Origin: an uncultured Verrucomicrobiota bacterium
GTDB lineage: Bacteria > Verrucomicrobiota > Verrucomicrobiia > Opitutales > Seribacteraceae
Assembly: GCA_902580225.1 (NCBI GenBank)
Contig: CACHJU010000002.1
Coordinates: 28,500-92,499 of the forward strand
Length of the DNA stretch: 64,000 bases
Direction of reading: 5' to 3'
Position numbers and translations under genes: made by a program. Positions 1 to 9,791 of the stretch are shown here, in pieces. Position 1 is the first letter of the stretch. Each line of letters opens with the position of its first letter. A model generated the notes under the pieces. It had not been told where the DNA came from. It did not search any database and was given only the letters and a program-made list of their open reading frames with translations.

Positions 1-567
1 CCATATGAAGCTGATGATTTATATGGATGGGCAAAGCTAATGGCAGAACTTACTCTAAAAGCATACTATCAACAACATGAACTAAAAACTGCCTCTTGCC
101 GCTACTTCACAGTCTATGGACCCCGCTGTACAGAAAATCATGCCGTCATGGCAATGATTGCACGTGGCTATTTAAAACTCGAACCCTTCGAAGTTTGGGG
201 TGATGGCGAACAAATTCGTAACTGGACTTATGTAGATGACATCGTATCAGGAACCATCGCAGCAGCAGAAAATATTAATGATGGAACTTCTGTAAATCTT
301 GGCACCATGGAACGCATAAAGGTTAAAGACTGTGCAAACCAAGTGATTAAAACCTTAAACCCAGGTACAACGATCAAGCTTTTAACCCACAAACCAACCG
401 GACCGCTTAATCGGGTGGCAAGTAATAGATTAGCAAAAGAGTTACTCGGATGGAAACCAAAAACATCCTTTCAGGTTGGGCTTCAGAAAACGATCCAATG
501 GTATATTAATTCAAAGACAACTGAACAAGCCAGCGATGACCTCACCCGCAAACTTGTGGGGCGATAA
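1..567 (+). CDS. NAD-dependent epimerase/dehydratase (extended SDR), 5'-truncated by window edge
   Basis: Frame is open from base 1 (PYEADDLYGWAKLMAE). It has a YxxxK motif, RYFTVYGP, WGDGEQIRNWTYVDD and LGWKP..GLQKTIQWY. Confidence 0.9.
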   Translation, partial: PYEADDLYGWAKLMAELTLKAYYQQHELKTASCRYFTVYGPRCTENHAVMAMIARGYLKLEPFEVWGDGEQIRNWTYVDDIVSGTIAAAENINDGTSVNLGTMERIKVKDCANQVIKTLNPGTTIKLLTHKPTGPLNRVASNRLAKELLGWKPKTSFQVGLQKTIQWYINSKTTEQASDDLTRKLVGR

Positions 568-606
568 GCTTTAATTTTTGCATCCTCATAGTTTTACTTT
601 ACTTAT

Positions 607-2448
607 TTGAAAACCTTAGGAATTTCAGCTTTTTACCACGACAGCGCTGCTGCATTAGTTGTTGATGGTAAAATAATCGCCGCAGCACAGGAGGAAAGAT
701 TTACAAGAATTAAGCATGATGAATCGTTCCCAAAAAATGCAATTGAATTTTGCTTGAAAGAGAGTGATTGTTTATTGGATGAAATCGATCAAATTATTTT
801 TTACGAAAAACCATTTCTCAAGTTTGATCGACTGTTGGAAACATACCTAAGTTTCGCTCCAAGCGGTCTTCTTTCATTTATTAAAGCCATGCCCCAATGG
901 CTCAAACAAAAACTTCATCTTCCACGAGAAATCAAAAAGGGTCTACCTGGGAAATGGAACAAGCCTATTGTTTTCATCACTCACCATGAATCACACGCAG
1001 CTAGTGCCTTTTTCCCAAGTCCATATGAAGAGGCTGCTATATTAACAATGGATGGAGTCGGAGAGTGGGATACAGCCACAATCGGGATGGGTAAAGGCAA
1101 CACAATTAAACTGCTAAAATCTCTTGAATTCCCCCACTCTCTTGGACTTTTATACAGTGCATTTACTTATTTTTGTGGTTTCAAGGTAAATTCCGGCGAA
1201 TACAAATTAATGGGATTAGCTCCCTATGGTAAACCAATCTATAAAGATGCTATATTAAAACACCTTATTGACATCAAGGAAGATGGTTCGTTTCAAATGA
1301 ATCTTCAATATTTTAGTTACTGCCAAGGCTTGACCATGACTAATAAGCGATTGGCAAAATTGTTTGGCGGACCACCCCGCAAGCCAGAAAATCAAATCAC
1401 TGACCGAGAAGTTGACCTTGCAGCTTCAATTCAGGAAGTTACCGAAGAAATTGTTATCCGCATGGCAACTTATGCTCGAAAACTCACTGGTAGAAATAAG
1501 CTTTGCTTAGCTGGTGGAGTCGCTCTTAATTGCGTAGCTAATGGTAAATTACTCTCCGAAAAAATCTTTGATGAATTATGGATCCAGCCTGCATCGGGAG
1601 ATGCAGGAGGTGCATTGGGAGCAGCCCTTTTTGCAAATTATCAACTTCTTAACCTGCCAAGAGCGGTAGACCCCAACGATTCAATGCAGGGAAGTTATTT
1701 AGGTCCAAAATTTTCGAACTCCGAAATATCATGTTTTCTCAAAGAAAAAAATGCACCCTTTCATTATTTTTCTGAAGAAAGTCAATTACTCGATACAACT
1801 TGCCAAGCCATAGAAGAAGAAAAAATTATAGGTTGGTTCCAAGGAAAAATGGAATTTGGTCCACGATCTCTTGGGCATAGAAGCATTATTGGAGATGCCA
1901 GGAGTAAAAAGACTCAGACTAACATGAACTTGAGAATTAAATACCGTGAATCCTTTCGTCCATTTGCACCTAGTGTATTGGAAGAAAAAACTCAGGAATA
2001 TTTTGATTTGGATTCCCCTTCCCCCTATATGCTACTAGTCGCTCCTGTTCAAAAGGAGATCCGTATTGCACCTTCCGCAAAAGATAAGAAACATATGAGG
2101 GACGCCAACCTCTTGAATAGGGTTAAAATTAAACGTTCCTCTTTACCCTCCATAACTCATGTTGATTATTCTGCACGTGTTCAAAGCGTTTCCCCCAATC
2201 GCAACGATATATACTATCGACTAATAAAGAGACTAGAAGAAAAAACGGGAACTGGGGTGGTTGTTAACACCAGTTTTAATGTGCGTGGAGAACCAATCGT
2301 AAATACCCCGGAAGATGCCTATCGTTGCTTCATGGCAACCGAAATGGATATCCTTGTTCTGGAAAACCACCTATTGTACAAATCAGAACAACCTGAGAAT
2401 AACAGAATATCAAAAGATTACCATGTTGCTAGTTTTGATCTTGATTAG
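607..2448 (+). CDS. Carbamoyltransferase, NodU/CmcH (SxtI-like) family
   Basis: Motifs LGISAFYHDSAAAL, QEERFTRIKHD, HHESHAASAF, DGVGEW, EYKLMGLAPYG, GGVALNCVANG, EFGPRSLG, RESFRPFAP, NTSFNVRGEPIV; TTG start. Confidence 0.95.
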   Translation: MKTLGISAFYHDSAAALVVDGKIIAAAQEERFTRIKHDESFPKNAIEFCLKESDCLLDEIDQIIFYEKPFLKFDRLLETYLSFAPSGLLSFIKAMPQWLKQKLHLPREIKKGLPGKWNKPIVFITHHESHAASAFFPSPYEEAAILTMDGVGEWDTATIGMGKGNTIKLLKSLEFPHSLGLLYSAFTYFCGFKVNSGEYKLMGLAPYGKPIYKDAILKHLIDIKEDGSFQMNLQYFSYCQGLTMTNKRLAKLFGGPPRKPENQITDREVDLAASIQEVTEEIVIRMATYARKLTGRNKLCLAGGVALNCVANGKLLSEKIFDELWIQPASGDAGGALGAALFANYQLLNLPRAVDPNDSMQGSYLGPKFSNSEISCFLKEKNAPFHYFSEESQLLDTTCQAIEEEKIIGWFQGKMEFGPRSLGHRSIIGDARSKKTQTNMNLRIKYRESFRPFAPSVLEEKTQEYFDLDSPSPYMLLVAPVQKEIRIAPSAKDKKHMRDANLLNRVKIKRSSLPSITHVDYSARVQSVSPNRNDIYYRLIKRLEEKTGTGVVVNTSFNVRGEPIVNTPEDAYRCFMATEMDILVLENHLLYKSEQPENNRISKDYHVASFDLD

Positions 2449-2462
2449 CTCCAAACCATATT

Positions 2463-2891
2463 TTGAAAAACACAAATAGTTTAACAGAAACTGAGAGAAA
2501 AGTATTTGCAACGAAGCTTATTTTAGGATTTCCAGTAGTGGGGTTAGTTTGGGCGTGTCTAATTTATTACTTTTCGAATTCAAATACTTTTAATTTGAAT
2601 ATCGCTTATTGGGTAGGAAGTGTGGGCATTACTGCAGGTTTCCTTTGCCTCATCTCACCTGCGATAAATACACTTATCTTGGCTTTATGGACCCGGCTAA
2701 TTATAATTATTGATACTATTATTACTTGGTCTACTTTACCCGTTTTTTACTACATATTTTTTTGTCCCTTTGCCCTACTGATTCGATTTTTTGGAAAAGC
2801 GACCATGCAGAATCAAAATAAAAATAAGGTTACTTTGTGGAAAGATGTAACCGAAAATACCTCTAAAAAACAATATCTACGACAATTCTAA
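2463..2891 (+). CDS. SxtJ-family membrane protein
   Basis: About 3 hydrophobic segments, P..L..W pattern, F..P..L.RFFGK, W and C-terminal YLRQF; directly follows the carbamoyltransferase. Confidence 0.8.
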   Translation: MKNTNSLTETERKVFATKLILGFPVVGLVWACLIYYFSNSNTFNLNIAYWVGSVGITAGFLCLISPAINTLILALWTRLIIIIDTIITWSTLPVFYYIFFCPFALLIRFFGKATMQNQNKNKVTLWKDVTENTSKKQYLRQF

Positions 2892-2904
2892 ATTCGGTTA
2901 CACT

Positions 2905-3105
2905 ATGAAAGAACAAGACGAAGAAAACTTTGAAAAGATAAGCAAGGAGCAAAAACAGCTCGGATTTTTAAGAGAACTTTTATTGTTGATAATGCATAAC
3001 AAAAAGTGGTGGCTCACTCCAATCATTTTAGTACTCCTACTTTTTGGTGCGTTGATCATTATGGGCGGCAGTAGCTACGCACCTTTCATATATACCCTTT
3101 TTTAA
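2905..3105 (+). CDS. DUF5989 / SxtK-like small single-TM protein
   Basis: KKWWLTPIILVLLLFGALIIMGGSSYAPFIYTLF signature; third gene of the carbamoyltransferase trio. Confidence 0.88.
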   Translation: MKEQDEENFEKISKEQKQLGFLRELLLLIMHNKKWWLTPIILVLLLFGALIIMGGSSYAPFIYTLF

Positions 3106-3113
3106 ATTGAAAG

Positions 3114-3974
3114 TTGAAAAGTATTGAGAAAAACAAGATTACGATCATAAAACCATCCACAGGCTGGTTAGGTTTTGATTTTGCCAGCATCTGGCAATAT
3201 CGAGACCTTCTCTTTCTTTTGGTTAAACGTGACTTTGTGTCTGCTTACAAGCAAACCATCCTCGGTCCAGCATGGTTTGTTCTTCAACCTCTTTTTCTCA
3301 CTATTATATTTACCCTAATCTTTGGCAAATTTGCTCAAATTCCCACGGAAGGACTACCCCCTCTTCTATTTTACAATTCTGGACTCATTATTTGGAGCTA
3401 TTTCTCCTCTTGTTTCTCGGGTAATGCTAGCACCTTTACTACGAATGCAGGAACATACCAAAAAGTGTACTATCCTCGATTAATAAATCCATTAGCTAAC
3501 TGTATATCTGGTCTTTTAGGATTTTTAATACAGTTAATATTCTTTATTGCATATTTTTTAATCTATAAATTCCTATTGCCGATTTCGGAACCTTTTACAA
3601 TTACTTGGCCTGTATTGTTACTTCCATTACTTGTAATTTTAAGTTCTCTACTTGGGTTAGGTTTAGGACTTTGGATGTCTGTCCTCACCGCAAAATATAG
3701 AGACTTTAATCAAATTATTGGATTTCTCGTTCAAGGTATGATGTACTTAACTCCAATCATCTACCCATTATCAGAAATTCCTGATAAATATCGTTTTTGG
3801 ATATCTCTAAATCCTATGGCTCCTGTGGTAGAAACTTTTCGTTTCGGTTTACTCAGTAAGGGAAGCTTTTCCCCACTTCATTTACTTTACTCTGCTATCA
3901 TAGCACTACTTATTTTGCTTTCCGGAATGTATCTATTTAAGAAGACTGAAAGACGGGTGGTAGATTACTTATAA
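3114..3974 (+). CDS. wzm: ABC-2 polysaccharide export permease
   Basis: YRDLLFLLVKRDF..YKQTILGPAWFVLQP, KVYYPRL, KYRD, MYLTPIIYP, LNPM; multiple TM helices. Confidence 0.93.
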   Translation: MKSIEKNKITIIKPSTGWLGFDFASIWQYRDLLFLLVKRDFVSAYKQTILGPAWFVLQPLFLTIIFTLIFGKFAQIPTEGLPPLLFYNSGLIIWSYFSSCFSGNASTFTTNAGTYQKVYYPRLINPLANCISGLLGFLIQLIFFIAYFLIYKFLLPISEPFTITWPVLLLPLLVILSSLLGLGLGLWMSVLTAKYRDFNQIIGFLVQGMMYLTPIIYPLSEIPDKYRFWISLNPMAPVVETFRFGLLSKGSFSPLHLLYSAIIALLILLSGMYLFKKTERRVVDYL

Positions 3975-3976
3975 CT

Positions 3977-5263
3977 ATGAATTCATCCTTGTCTATAGAA
4001 GTGTCTAACCTTTCAAAAAAATACCAGCTTGGAACAATCGGTATGACGAGTTTGAGAGAAGAGATGACCAGGTGGTGGGAAAAAAAAAGGAATAAAGAAA
4101 AGTCTCTTGAACTTTCAACTTCAACTCATTTTAAGAAATCTCGTAAAATAGAAAGTCGCGATTTCATTGCATTAGATAATCTGAATTTTTCTATTAATAA
4201 TGGAGAAGTAGTAGGTATTATTGGCGCAAACGGCTCAGGTAAATCAACTTTACTAAAAATCTTGTCTCGCATTACCGAACCCTCTGTTGGCACAGCCAAA
4301 ATTCGAGGAAAAGTTGCATCATTACTCGAAGTGGGAACAGGTTTTCATCCTGAATTAACAGGGCGAGAAAATATCTACATTAACGGAGCAATTTTGGGTA
4401 TGACTCGAAAAGAAGTGAATCAAAAATTCGATGAGATTGTTGATTTTTCGGGAGTTGAAAATTTTATTGATACGCCTGTTAAAAGATACTCATCTGGAAT
4501 GACCATAAGATTAGGATTTGCAGTTGCAGCCCACCTCGAACCAGATATTTTGATTGTTGACGAAGTTTTAGCTGTTGGTGATGCAGCCTTTCAAAAAAAA
4601 TGTATTGGTAAAATGCAAAATGTTGCGGGGAGTGGAAGAACAGTACTTTTTGTATCTCACAACATGAATTCTGTAAGTTCATTATGCGACAGAGGTATAC
4701 TTCTCAAAAATGGTTCTATTCAAAAGGATGATAAAATAAACAATGTAATTGATGAGTACCTCTCAGGAATAACGACTTACGGTTCAAAAATTCAATTTCC
4801 AAAAAATGAAAGACCGAGTAGAGATCAAATCGCATCTCTTCATTCAACGAGGATGGTTAATAAAAATGAAGAAGATATTTCTTCAGCAGAGTGTGCAGAT
4901 CAGGTTGGTATAGAAATGATTTACGAGATCATTGATGATTCAAACATACCCACTCCATGTTTTGATATTTGCACTACAAAAGATGAATTATTGTTCATGA
5001 ATATTGGCGATACTGAAAACCTTCCTAAAAAAAAGGGCGTCTACCGCGTTATCTTATGGTTGCCAGAAAATCTGTTTAACCAAGGCACATATCTTTTCTC
5101 TGTAGCATTAGTCACCTTAGATGGATGGAAGATTCATTTTTACCTCAAGCATGCATTAGCATTAGAATTTTATGAGAACTTATTAAAAAGAAAAAATGCT
5201 TTTGAAGAAAAAATAGATGGCTTAATTAAGCCAATGTGCGAGTGGGACTATCACTCATTATAA
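3977..5263 (+). CDS. wzt: ABC polysaccharide export ATPase with C-terminal Wzt_C-like domain
   Basis: Walker A GANGSGKST, signature YSSGM, Walker B ILIVDE, VSH, plus a ~170 aa C-terminal extension. Confidence 0.95.
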   Translation: MNSSLSIEVSNLSKKYQLGTIGMTSLREEMTRWWEKKRNKEKSLELSTSTHFKKSRKIESRDFIALDNLNFSINNGEVVGIIGANGSGKSTLLKILSRITEPSVGTAKIRGKVASLLEVGTGFHPELTGRENIYINGAILGMTRKEVNQKFDEIVDFSGVENFIDTPVKRYSSGMTIRLGFAVAAHLEPDILIVDEVLAVGDAAFQKKCIGKMQNVAGSGRTVLFVSHNMNSVSSLCDRGILLKNGSIQKDDKINNVIDEYLSGITTYGSKIQFPKNERPSRDQIASLHSTRMVNKNEEDISSAECADQVGIEMIYEIIDDSNIPTPCFDICTTKDELLFMNIGDTENLPKKKGVYRVILWLPENLFNQGTYLFSVALVTLDGWKIHFYLKHALALEFYENLLKRKNAFEEKIDGLIKPMCEWDYHSL

Positions 5264-5283
5264 AATTCCATGACTTAAACGAT

Positions 5284-6510
5284 ATGCCACTAAATCGCTG
5301 TAAAATTTGCCAAGATCCTTACGAAGAAATCCTTTCTTTTGGAAAAATGCCACTAGGAAATGGTTTTCTCAATGAAAACCAAATTCCTAATGAATATTTT
5401 TTTGAAATGGGAGTTGGGTTTTGTGAAAGATCAATGATGTTTCAATTAACCAATCAACCTTCTCCTGAACAGATGTTTCATGGGGAATATGCTTTTTTTA
5501 CAGGTTCATCCGAGGGCATGAAAAATCATTTTCACCAATTCTCTGAAAAAATAATCAATAATTTACCAGCAACTGATCAAGAAACCTTTGTTGTAGAAAT
5601 CGGCAGTAACGATGGCACAATGTTACAAAATTTCTCGAACAGAGGGATAAAATGTATGGGAGTTGAACCATCCGAAAATGTGGCAAAGGAAGCGATTAAT
5701 AATGGTATAAAAACAAAAATTTCATTTTTTAACGAAAAAGTTGCTGAAGAGATCCAAGATGAAAATGGTTTTGCGTCCGTTATTTATGCAGCAAATGTGA
5801 TGTGCCATATTCCCAACATTAATTCTATCTTTAAAGGAATTTCTATTCTTTTGGACAAGAATGGAGTGTTTTATTTTGAAGATCCATATTTGGGTGATGT
5901 GATTAATAAAAACTCATTTGATCAAATTTATGATGAACATGTCTTTCTCTTTTCTCTTCACAGTGTGCAATTCGTCGCGTCAATGAATGGGTTGGACTTA
6001 ATAAACGCAGAACCCCTAACGACACACGGTGGTTCAATGAGATATACTCTTTGTCATAAAGGGAGATTTTCAGTTTCTGAAAATACTAACAAACTTATAC
6101 AAAAAGAAAAAAGATTAGGATTGAATAGATTGAATACCTTTAAGTCTTTTGAGAGAAATATTAAAAGAATTAAGGAACAACTTTTAGACTTACTTCTCGA
6201 CCTAAAGAATAAAGGTAAATTGGTTTCCGGATATGGTGCAACATCCAAGAGTACCACTATATTAAATTACTGCGGAATTGATCATAGTTTGATTAGTTGG
6301 ATTAGTGATACGACTCCAACAAAACAAGGAAAATTGACACCAGGAACTCACATTCCTGTCGTCCCCTACTCAAAATTTAAAGAAGATACTCCTAATTACG
6401 CAGTTTTGTTTGCCTGGAATCACGCCGATGAAATTATGCAAAAAGAAAAAGAATTTTCTAGAAATGGTGGCCGATGGATCACTTTTTTTCCTGAAATTAA
6501 AGTAATCTGA
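5284..6510 (+). CDS. NDP-hexose C3-methyltransferase (TylCIII/NovU-like)
   Basis: N-terminal CxxC, MPLGNGF, VEIGSNDG, NVMCH, YDEH, HGGSMR, GYGATSK, FAWN. Probable start is ATG 5284 (MPLNRCKIC). Confidence 0.9.
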   Translation: MPLNRCKICQDPYEEILSFGKMPLGNGFLNENQIPNEYFFEMGVGFCERSMMFQLTNQPSPEQMFHGEYAFFTGSSEGMKNHFHQFSEKIINNLPATDQETFVVEIGSNDGTMLQNFSNRGIKCMGVEPSENVAKEAINNGIKTKISFFNEKVAEEIQDENGFASVIYAANVMCHIPNINSIFKGISILLDKNGVFYFEDPYLGDVINKNSFDQIYDEHVFLFSLHSVQFVASMNGLDLINAEPLTTHGGSMRYTLCHKGRFSVSENTNKLIQKEKRLGLNRLNTFKSFERNIKRIKEQLLDLLLDLKNKGKLVSGYGATSKSTTILNYCGIDHSLISWISDTTPTKQGKLTPGTHIPVVPYSKFKEDTPNYAVLFAWNHADEIMQKEKEFSRNGGRWITFFPEIKVI

Positions 6511-6515
6511 ATTAT

Positions 6516-7223
6516 ATGAATATCTGGGAAGGAATTTATAAGTCATTCAAAGATGTTCCTCAAAAAGGAAATCCTTTTAATTCTGAAAGATGGGTAAGTA
6601 GCGTAGTAAAGAAAACAAATTTGGTTCGAAGTCAAATAGGTTGCCCCTCCAATCAAAGTGTTTTGCCACTAATTGTATCATTAATTCCCAAAGAAGAAAT
6701 ATCTATTTTTGACTTCGGTGGAGGTATAGGCGTAGATCTTATAAATTGCTTGAATTCTACCTACAAAAAAATTGAGTATGAAATATTAGAGAATAAAAAA
6801 ATCACTGAGACTGGTAAAAATTCAGCAAAAAATATTAACTTTATTAATTCTCTTACAGAGTTAAGTTCCAATAATTTCGATATTTTCCACTGCCATTCTT
6901 CAATTCAATATGTTGAAAACCCGAGTTCTTTTATCTCTTCTGTTATAGAAAAGATAAGTCCAAGTTTTATTTCGTTTGAAGACTTGCCTATCGTTAATGT
7001 TGATACATTCGCAACTGGACAAAACTATTATAATTCAGTTATTCCATGTTGGTTTTTCAATAAAACGGAATTTATAAAGATCCTCTCCTTCTATAATTAT
7101 TCACTAATATATAATTCAGCTTATATCCAAAATACTAAAAGGGCGCTAAATCGATCCATGGCTAATTTTAAAAAAGATTATAGATCTAATGAATTTCAAA
7201 ATCTCATTTTCAAATTAACATGA
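6516..7223 (+). CDS. Putative methyltransferase, LIC12133/TIGR04325-like
   Basis: IWEGIYKSF N-terminus, IFDFGGGIG, SSIQY, PCWFFN. Confidence 0.75.
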   Translation: MNIWEGIYKSFKDVPQKGNPFNSERWVSSVVKKTNLVRSQIGCPSNQSVLPLIVSLIPKEEISIFDFGGGIGVDLINCLNSTYKKIEYEILENKKITETGKNSAKNINFINSLTELSSNNFDIFHCHSSIQYVENPSSFISSVIEKISPSFISFEDLPIVNVDTFATGQNYYNSVIPCWFFNKTEFIKILSFYNYSLIYNSAYIQNTKRALNRSMANFKKDYRSNEFQNLIFKLT

Positions 7224-7681
7224 AAAAAATTGATGGTGTTAACATTACAAAAATTGAGTCACATATTGATGAGAGAGGCTTTTTTAGAGAAATACTTAAG
7301 AAAGAAACTATTGGAGGTCCGTCATTATTTGGTCAGTTGAGTTACTCAAAAGTTTATCAAGGTACAATTAAAGCCTGGCATGGTCACAAATTGCAAGAAC
7401 AGTGGACTTTTATCATGACCGGTTTCCTTGAAGTTAGGTTATTTGACGATCGTTCAACCTCTCCCACCTACAAAAATATAATGGAATTTTATACAGGCGA
7501 CGAACTTGAACCCTTTATTTACTCATTTCCTCCTGGAGTATTGCATGGTTATAAGTGCATAGGAGGACCGGCACTTGTTATATATGTAACTTCTAACATA
7601 TACGACCCTGATGAGGAAATTCGCTTAAACTATGATGATCCTAAAATTGGACATGACTGGAACTTAAAAAATATACGTTGA
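7220..7681 (+). CDS. dTDP-4-dehydrorhamnose 3,5-epimerase (RmlC) family cupin
   Basis: HIDERGFFREI, IKAWHGH, PPGVLHGY, YDDPKIGHDW. Confidence 0.85.
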   Translation: MKKIDGVNITKIESHIDERGFFREILKKETIGGPSLFGQLSYSKVYQGTIKAWHGHKLQEQWTFIMTGFLEVRLFDDRSTSPTYKNIMEFYTGDELEPFIYSFPPGVLHGYKCIGGPALVIYVTSNIYDPDEEIRLNYDDPKIGHDWNLKNIR

Positions 7682-8418
7682 AAAAGATCTATTCTAGAAG
7701 CGAATTCGAAGATGCACGAAAGAAATGGGCAGAGAATATGCATCAAGATCAATCATTAAAAAATAAAGCCCTTGATGTTTTTATTGAAGCAGACCGCCAT
7801 AATTGGATTCATCAAACAAATTGGTTAGGCGAACCCTCGCTACAAACGCCTGAGGATTTAATTACTTTTCAGGAAATTATCTTTCGAACTAAGCCAGATT
7901 TCTTGCTCGAAGTTGGAGTCGCTTGGGCTGGTTCATTGCTTTTTTACGCGACCATAATGGAGTCAATTGGTCACGGTCAAATAATTGGTATCGACATTTT
8001 TATTCCGGATGATCTCAAGGATCGAATTTTCTCACATTCGGTATCAAAGAGAATCAAGCTAATTCAATCTTCATCTTTGCTAGTAGATAGCTACCAAAAA
8101 ATAAATAATATTATTGGTCAGAATAAAAATACAATGGTTCACCTAGACTCTGATCATACTGAAGAACATGTATTCAAAGAACTTTCAATGTACTCTGAGT
8201 TAGTTACCAAAGAAAACTATTTAATTTGCGGTGATACCATAATTGATTTTATTCCAGAACAAACTCATCGACCAAGGGAATGGGGGAAGACGAATAATCC
8301 TAACACTGCATTGAAAAAATTCCTTAAGGTAAACAATCGATTTGAAGTTGATCGATCTTATGATAAGAAAAGGCTAATGTCTAATCAACCAGGCGGGTAT
8401 TTACGGTGTATAAAGTAA
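7678..8418 (+). CDS. Cephalosporin hydroxylase (CmcI) family / sugar O-methyltransferase
   Basis: WLGEP.LQ.PED...QEII...KPD...EVGVAWAGS, LDSDH, PGGYLR. Confidence 0.88.
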   Translation: MKKIYSRSEFEDARKKWAENMHQDQSLKNKALDVFIEADRHNWIHQTNWLGEPSLQTPEDLITFQEIIFRTKPDFLLEVGVAWAGSLLFYATIMESIGHGQIIGIDIFIPDDLKDRIFSHSVSKRIKLIQSSSLLVDSYQKINNIIGQNKNTMVHLDSDHTEEHVFKELSMYSELVTKENYLICGDTIIDFIPEQTHRPREWGKTNNPNTALKKFLKVNNRFEVDRSYDKKRLMSNQPGGYLRCIK

Positions 8419-8494
8419 TACTTTTATTTTTGCATTCGAAAGCATGTACATGAATTATTTAGCATTTATATAGATTATCTTAGAATAAAAATTC

Positions 8495-9463
8495 TTGAAT
8501 AAAATTATCATAACAGGGGCAAACGGTTATATTGCTTCAGTGTTGTTAGAACACCTAAAAAATTGGGAAAGCGAAATTTTGTTAATTTCGAGAAAAAGTT
8601 TGGTCAAGCGAAATAAAAATGAGGGCTACCTCTCGGTTAAATGCGACATTTCTAGAGAGAACCCATGGAGTCAAATTCTAAAGGGTGGAGAAATCATAAT
8701 ACATTTAGCCTCTCAAAATTCGCTTAAAATAGCAAATGACGATCCATTAGAAAATTGGAGGTCAAATGTTAAACCCATTTATGATATTGCTGATGCATGT
8801 AAAAAAATAAAAGAGAAACCCACCTTAATATTTACCAGTACAGTAACAGTTTTTGGTCTAACCTCTGACATTCCAGTTAATGAAAATCATCCAGAGTCTC
8901 CGACTACAATTTATGACTTACACAAACTTACAGCAGAAAGATTATTGAAATACTTCAACGATTTAGGAGTAATGAAAACAATTTGTCTTAGACTATCAAA
9001 TGTTTACGGTCCAGGTGGCAAAAGCCGAAGTTTAGACAGAGGAATTCTTAATCAATCCATAAAAAACGCAGTAAACGGTTTGAACTTGTTTTCATATCAA
9101 AATGGTAATTTCACAAGAGACTTTATTTTTGTCGATGATGTGATTCGATCAATTCTTATAGCCTGTGAAAAAGGGACTAATTATAATGGTAAAACATACA
9201 TTATTTCAACTGGGAAGGGTACAAAACTCATGGAAGTTTTCCAGATGATTAAGGAAGAATTATTTTCTCAGTTACATCAAAAAACAGAAATAAAGATAAT
9301 ACCTCAACCGGACAATCTGCTCCCGATTGAAAAAAGGAATTTTGTAGGATCTAATAAATTATTCCAAGCTGATTTCCAATGGCAACCACAAATCGAAATC
9401 TCGGAGGGAATAAGAAAAACAGTTTGTTTTTACTCCAAAGAATTAAGTTCTCCAGAATACTGA
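8495..9463 (+). CDS. NAD-dependent epimerase/dehydratase
   Basis: ITGANGYIA, HLA, YDLHK (YxxxK), RLSNVYGPG, RDFIFVDD. Confidence 0.9.
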   Translation: MNKIIITGANGYIASVLLEHLKNWESEILLISRKSLVKRNKNEGYLSVKCDISRENPWSQILKGGEIIIHLASQNSLKIANDDPLENWRSNVKPIYDIADACKKIKEKPTLIFTSTVTVFGLTSDIPVNENHPESPTTIYDLHKLTAERLLKYFNDLGVMKTICLRLSNVYGPGGKSRSLDRGILNQSIKNAVNGLNLFSYQNGNFTRDFIFVDDVIRSILIACEKGTNYNGKTYIISTGKGTKLMEVFQMIKEELFSQLHQKTEIKIIPQPDNLLPIEKRNFVGSNKLFQADFQWQPQIEISEGIRKTVCFYSKELSSPEY

Positions 9464-9791
9464 ACATCCTTATCTAGGATTTTACAGCATTGTTTAAAAA
9501 ATTTTTAATCAGCTAAATTAAAATACCAACAGTGATAAATTTTCCGATTTTTAAAAAAAGTAATTCTTATTATTTATATCCAAGAAAACCGTTGTGCAAA
9601 TACATTTACAGAAAGTTGACTCTAGGAGAATGTATCAAGATTACACCCTAAATTAGCTTTTGTAAGGAAATTTATTGATATTTGATGACAAACTAAAGCT
9701 TGCGGTAAAGAAATATCTCAAAAAATTTTCTATATAAGAAACTTTTTTAGTACTACTATAATGCACTGTACACCATCCATAAAATCTTAAA

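Noticed and set aside
607-3105. Saxitoxin biosynthesis cluster (sxtI/J/K homologs)
   Set aside because: No sxtA, sxtG or sxtB-like core genes; the context is purely polysaccharide biosynthesis.
9464-9791. Possible epimerase C-terminal relic (FDDKLKLAVKKY) and TATAAT near 9757
   Set aside because: The similarity is too short, and no matching -35 stands out from the AT-rich background.
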